From Vicugna vicugna (Eukaryota): 64,000 bases of DNA. The stretch spans positions 9,662,349 to 9,726,348 of the forward strand of contig MU059126.1 in NCBI GenBank assembly GCA_013265495.1, read 5' to 3'. The translations under genes were made by a program, and so were the position numbers. The notes beneath the pieces are model-generated. The model was not told the origin of the DNA. It saw nothing but the letters and a program-made list of their open reading frames with translations, and made no database searches. Positions 62,980 through 64,000 of this stretch are shown here, one piece after another; positions within the stretch are counted from its first letter, which is position 1, and each line of letters opens with the position of its first letter.

Positions 62980-63390
62980 CCTTAGGGACTGAATGTACAA
63001 ATGGACAGTGACAAGACCATACATGTCAATAGACTTCTGACCCGCAGCTCTGCAGCCACCACTCTAGGAAGCCGAATCACAGCCTCTAACTGTACGACCA
63101 GTTCCGGAAGCCACAACACAGCCTCTGCAGTCAGCGGCCCGGGGCAGCCAAGGCTTGGTCGGTGCCTTCCAGCCTCTCTATTTTTTGCCCACACTCTCAG
63201 CTCAGGGCTAACCAGAGAAAGCCAAATATGCTTTCAAACCACGTAAACTGCCCACATATGGTGAAACAGCCCCTTTCCTGCGCCAACAGCCTCCCATCAG
63301 GGCACACTTAAAGCCGTCCCTTTTTCTCCCTGTAAAAATGTCCCACTCCCCTGAGAGCACTGTCAAATGCAGGTGGTGGTGGCTGACTCC
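62980..63390. mobile_element. ERV-like LTR fragment
   Basis: Internal 39-bp-period repeat ggaagcc...cacagcctct is typical of ERV U3 regions; family not identified. Confidence 0.4.
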
Positions 63391-63394
63391 CTTG

Positions 63395-63857
63395 TGCACT
63401 GGTTTCCTAGGACTGCCATAGCAAACTACCACAAACGTGGTGGCTTACAACAGCAGAAGTTTATTCCCTCACATCTCTGGAGACTGGAAGTCATAAATCA
63501 AGGTACCAGCAGGGCCACGCTCACTCCAGCGGCTCTAGGGGAGAAACTGTTTCATGCCTTGTGTTAGCCTCTGGGGTTGAAGGCAATCCTTGTCACCCCT
63601 CGGCCTGTACATGGATCTCTCCAGCCTCTGTGCCCATGGAGACGTGGTGTTCTCCCTGTGTGTCTCGGGCTGTGTCTCTTCTTATCTTGTCAGGACACCA
63701 GTCATGCTGGGTTAAGGGCCCGCCCTACGCCAGTATGATCTCATCTTAACAAATTACATCTGCAGTGACTCTGTTTCCAAATAAGGTCATATTCTGAGGT
63801 TCTTGGATAGATGTGAATTGGAGGACTGGGGGTGGGACACTATCCAACCCAGTCCAC
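63395..63857 (-). mobile_element. MLT1B/C LTR
   Basis: ggtttcctaggactgccatagcaaactaccacaaac...ctgtttccaaataaggtcatattctgagg. Confidence 0.92.
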
Positions 63858-64000
63858 CTTGTTATAGCCAACTCTAAATAAATAGGCATTTATTTCCACA
63901 TGATGTGTGAGGACAGTAGCTAAGGCTGAAGGAGCAAGATGGTAGGGAACGCATAGGGCATGCACTGTGGTAACTGTCTGCTGTAACAAACAGTCCCAAT

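Noticed and set aside
1-64000. CRISPR arrays, rRNA, operon-like systems, numts
   Set aside because: None seen; this is eukaryotic, repeat-rich non-coding DNA.

Overview
Placental-mammal, non-coding-looking genomic DNA, most likely from a camelid (alpaca or camel). The species call rests on three tRNA-derived Vic-1-type SINEs and camelid/cetartiodactyl-type L1 3' ends. The window is dominated by old interspersed repeats: MIR, L2, L1M, MLT1 LTRs, MER20/MER5/MER33 hAT elements and Tigger elements. It also holds several younger L1 3' fragments, one 1.6-kb 5'-truncated L1 with ORF2 remnants, and five short N gaps that all lie inside repeats. I could not recognise any protein-coding gene, RNA gene or CRISPR array; the only real protein homology in the ORF track is L1 ORF2. 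The most notable object is a ~370-bp TSD-flanked element at 9950-10317 (-), made of the first 165 nt of an L1 5'UTR joined directly to the last ~200 nt of the L1 3'UTR. The join falls exactly after a 3'UTR AG, suggesting a retrotransposed spliced L1 RNA with both ORFs removed. Weaker leads are a TATA-driven candidate first exon at ~50.1-50.3 kb (-), a CpG-rich promoter or first-exon candidate at ~1.1-1.25 kb, two L2-associated hairpins and several repeat-free islands with transcription-factor motifs. Family names come from recalled consensus sequences, not database searches, and boundaries of old repeats are approximate.
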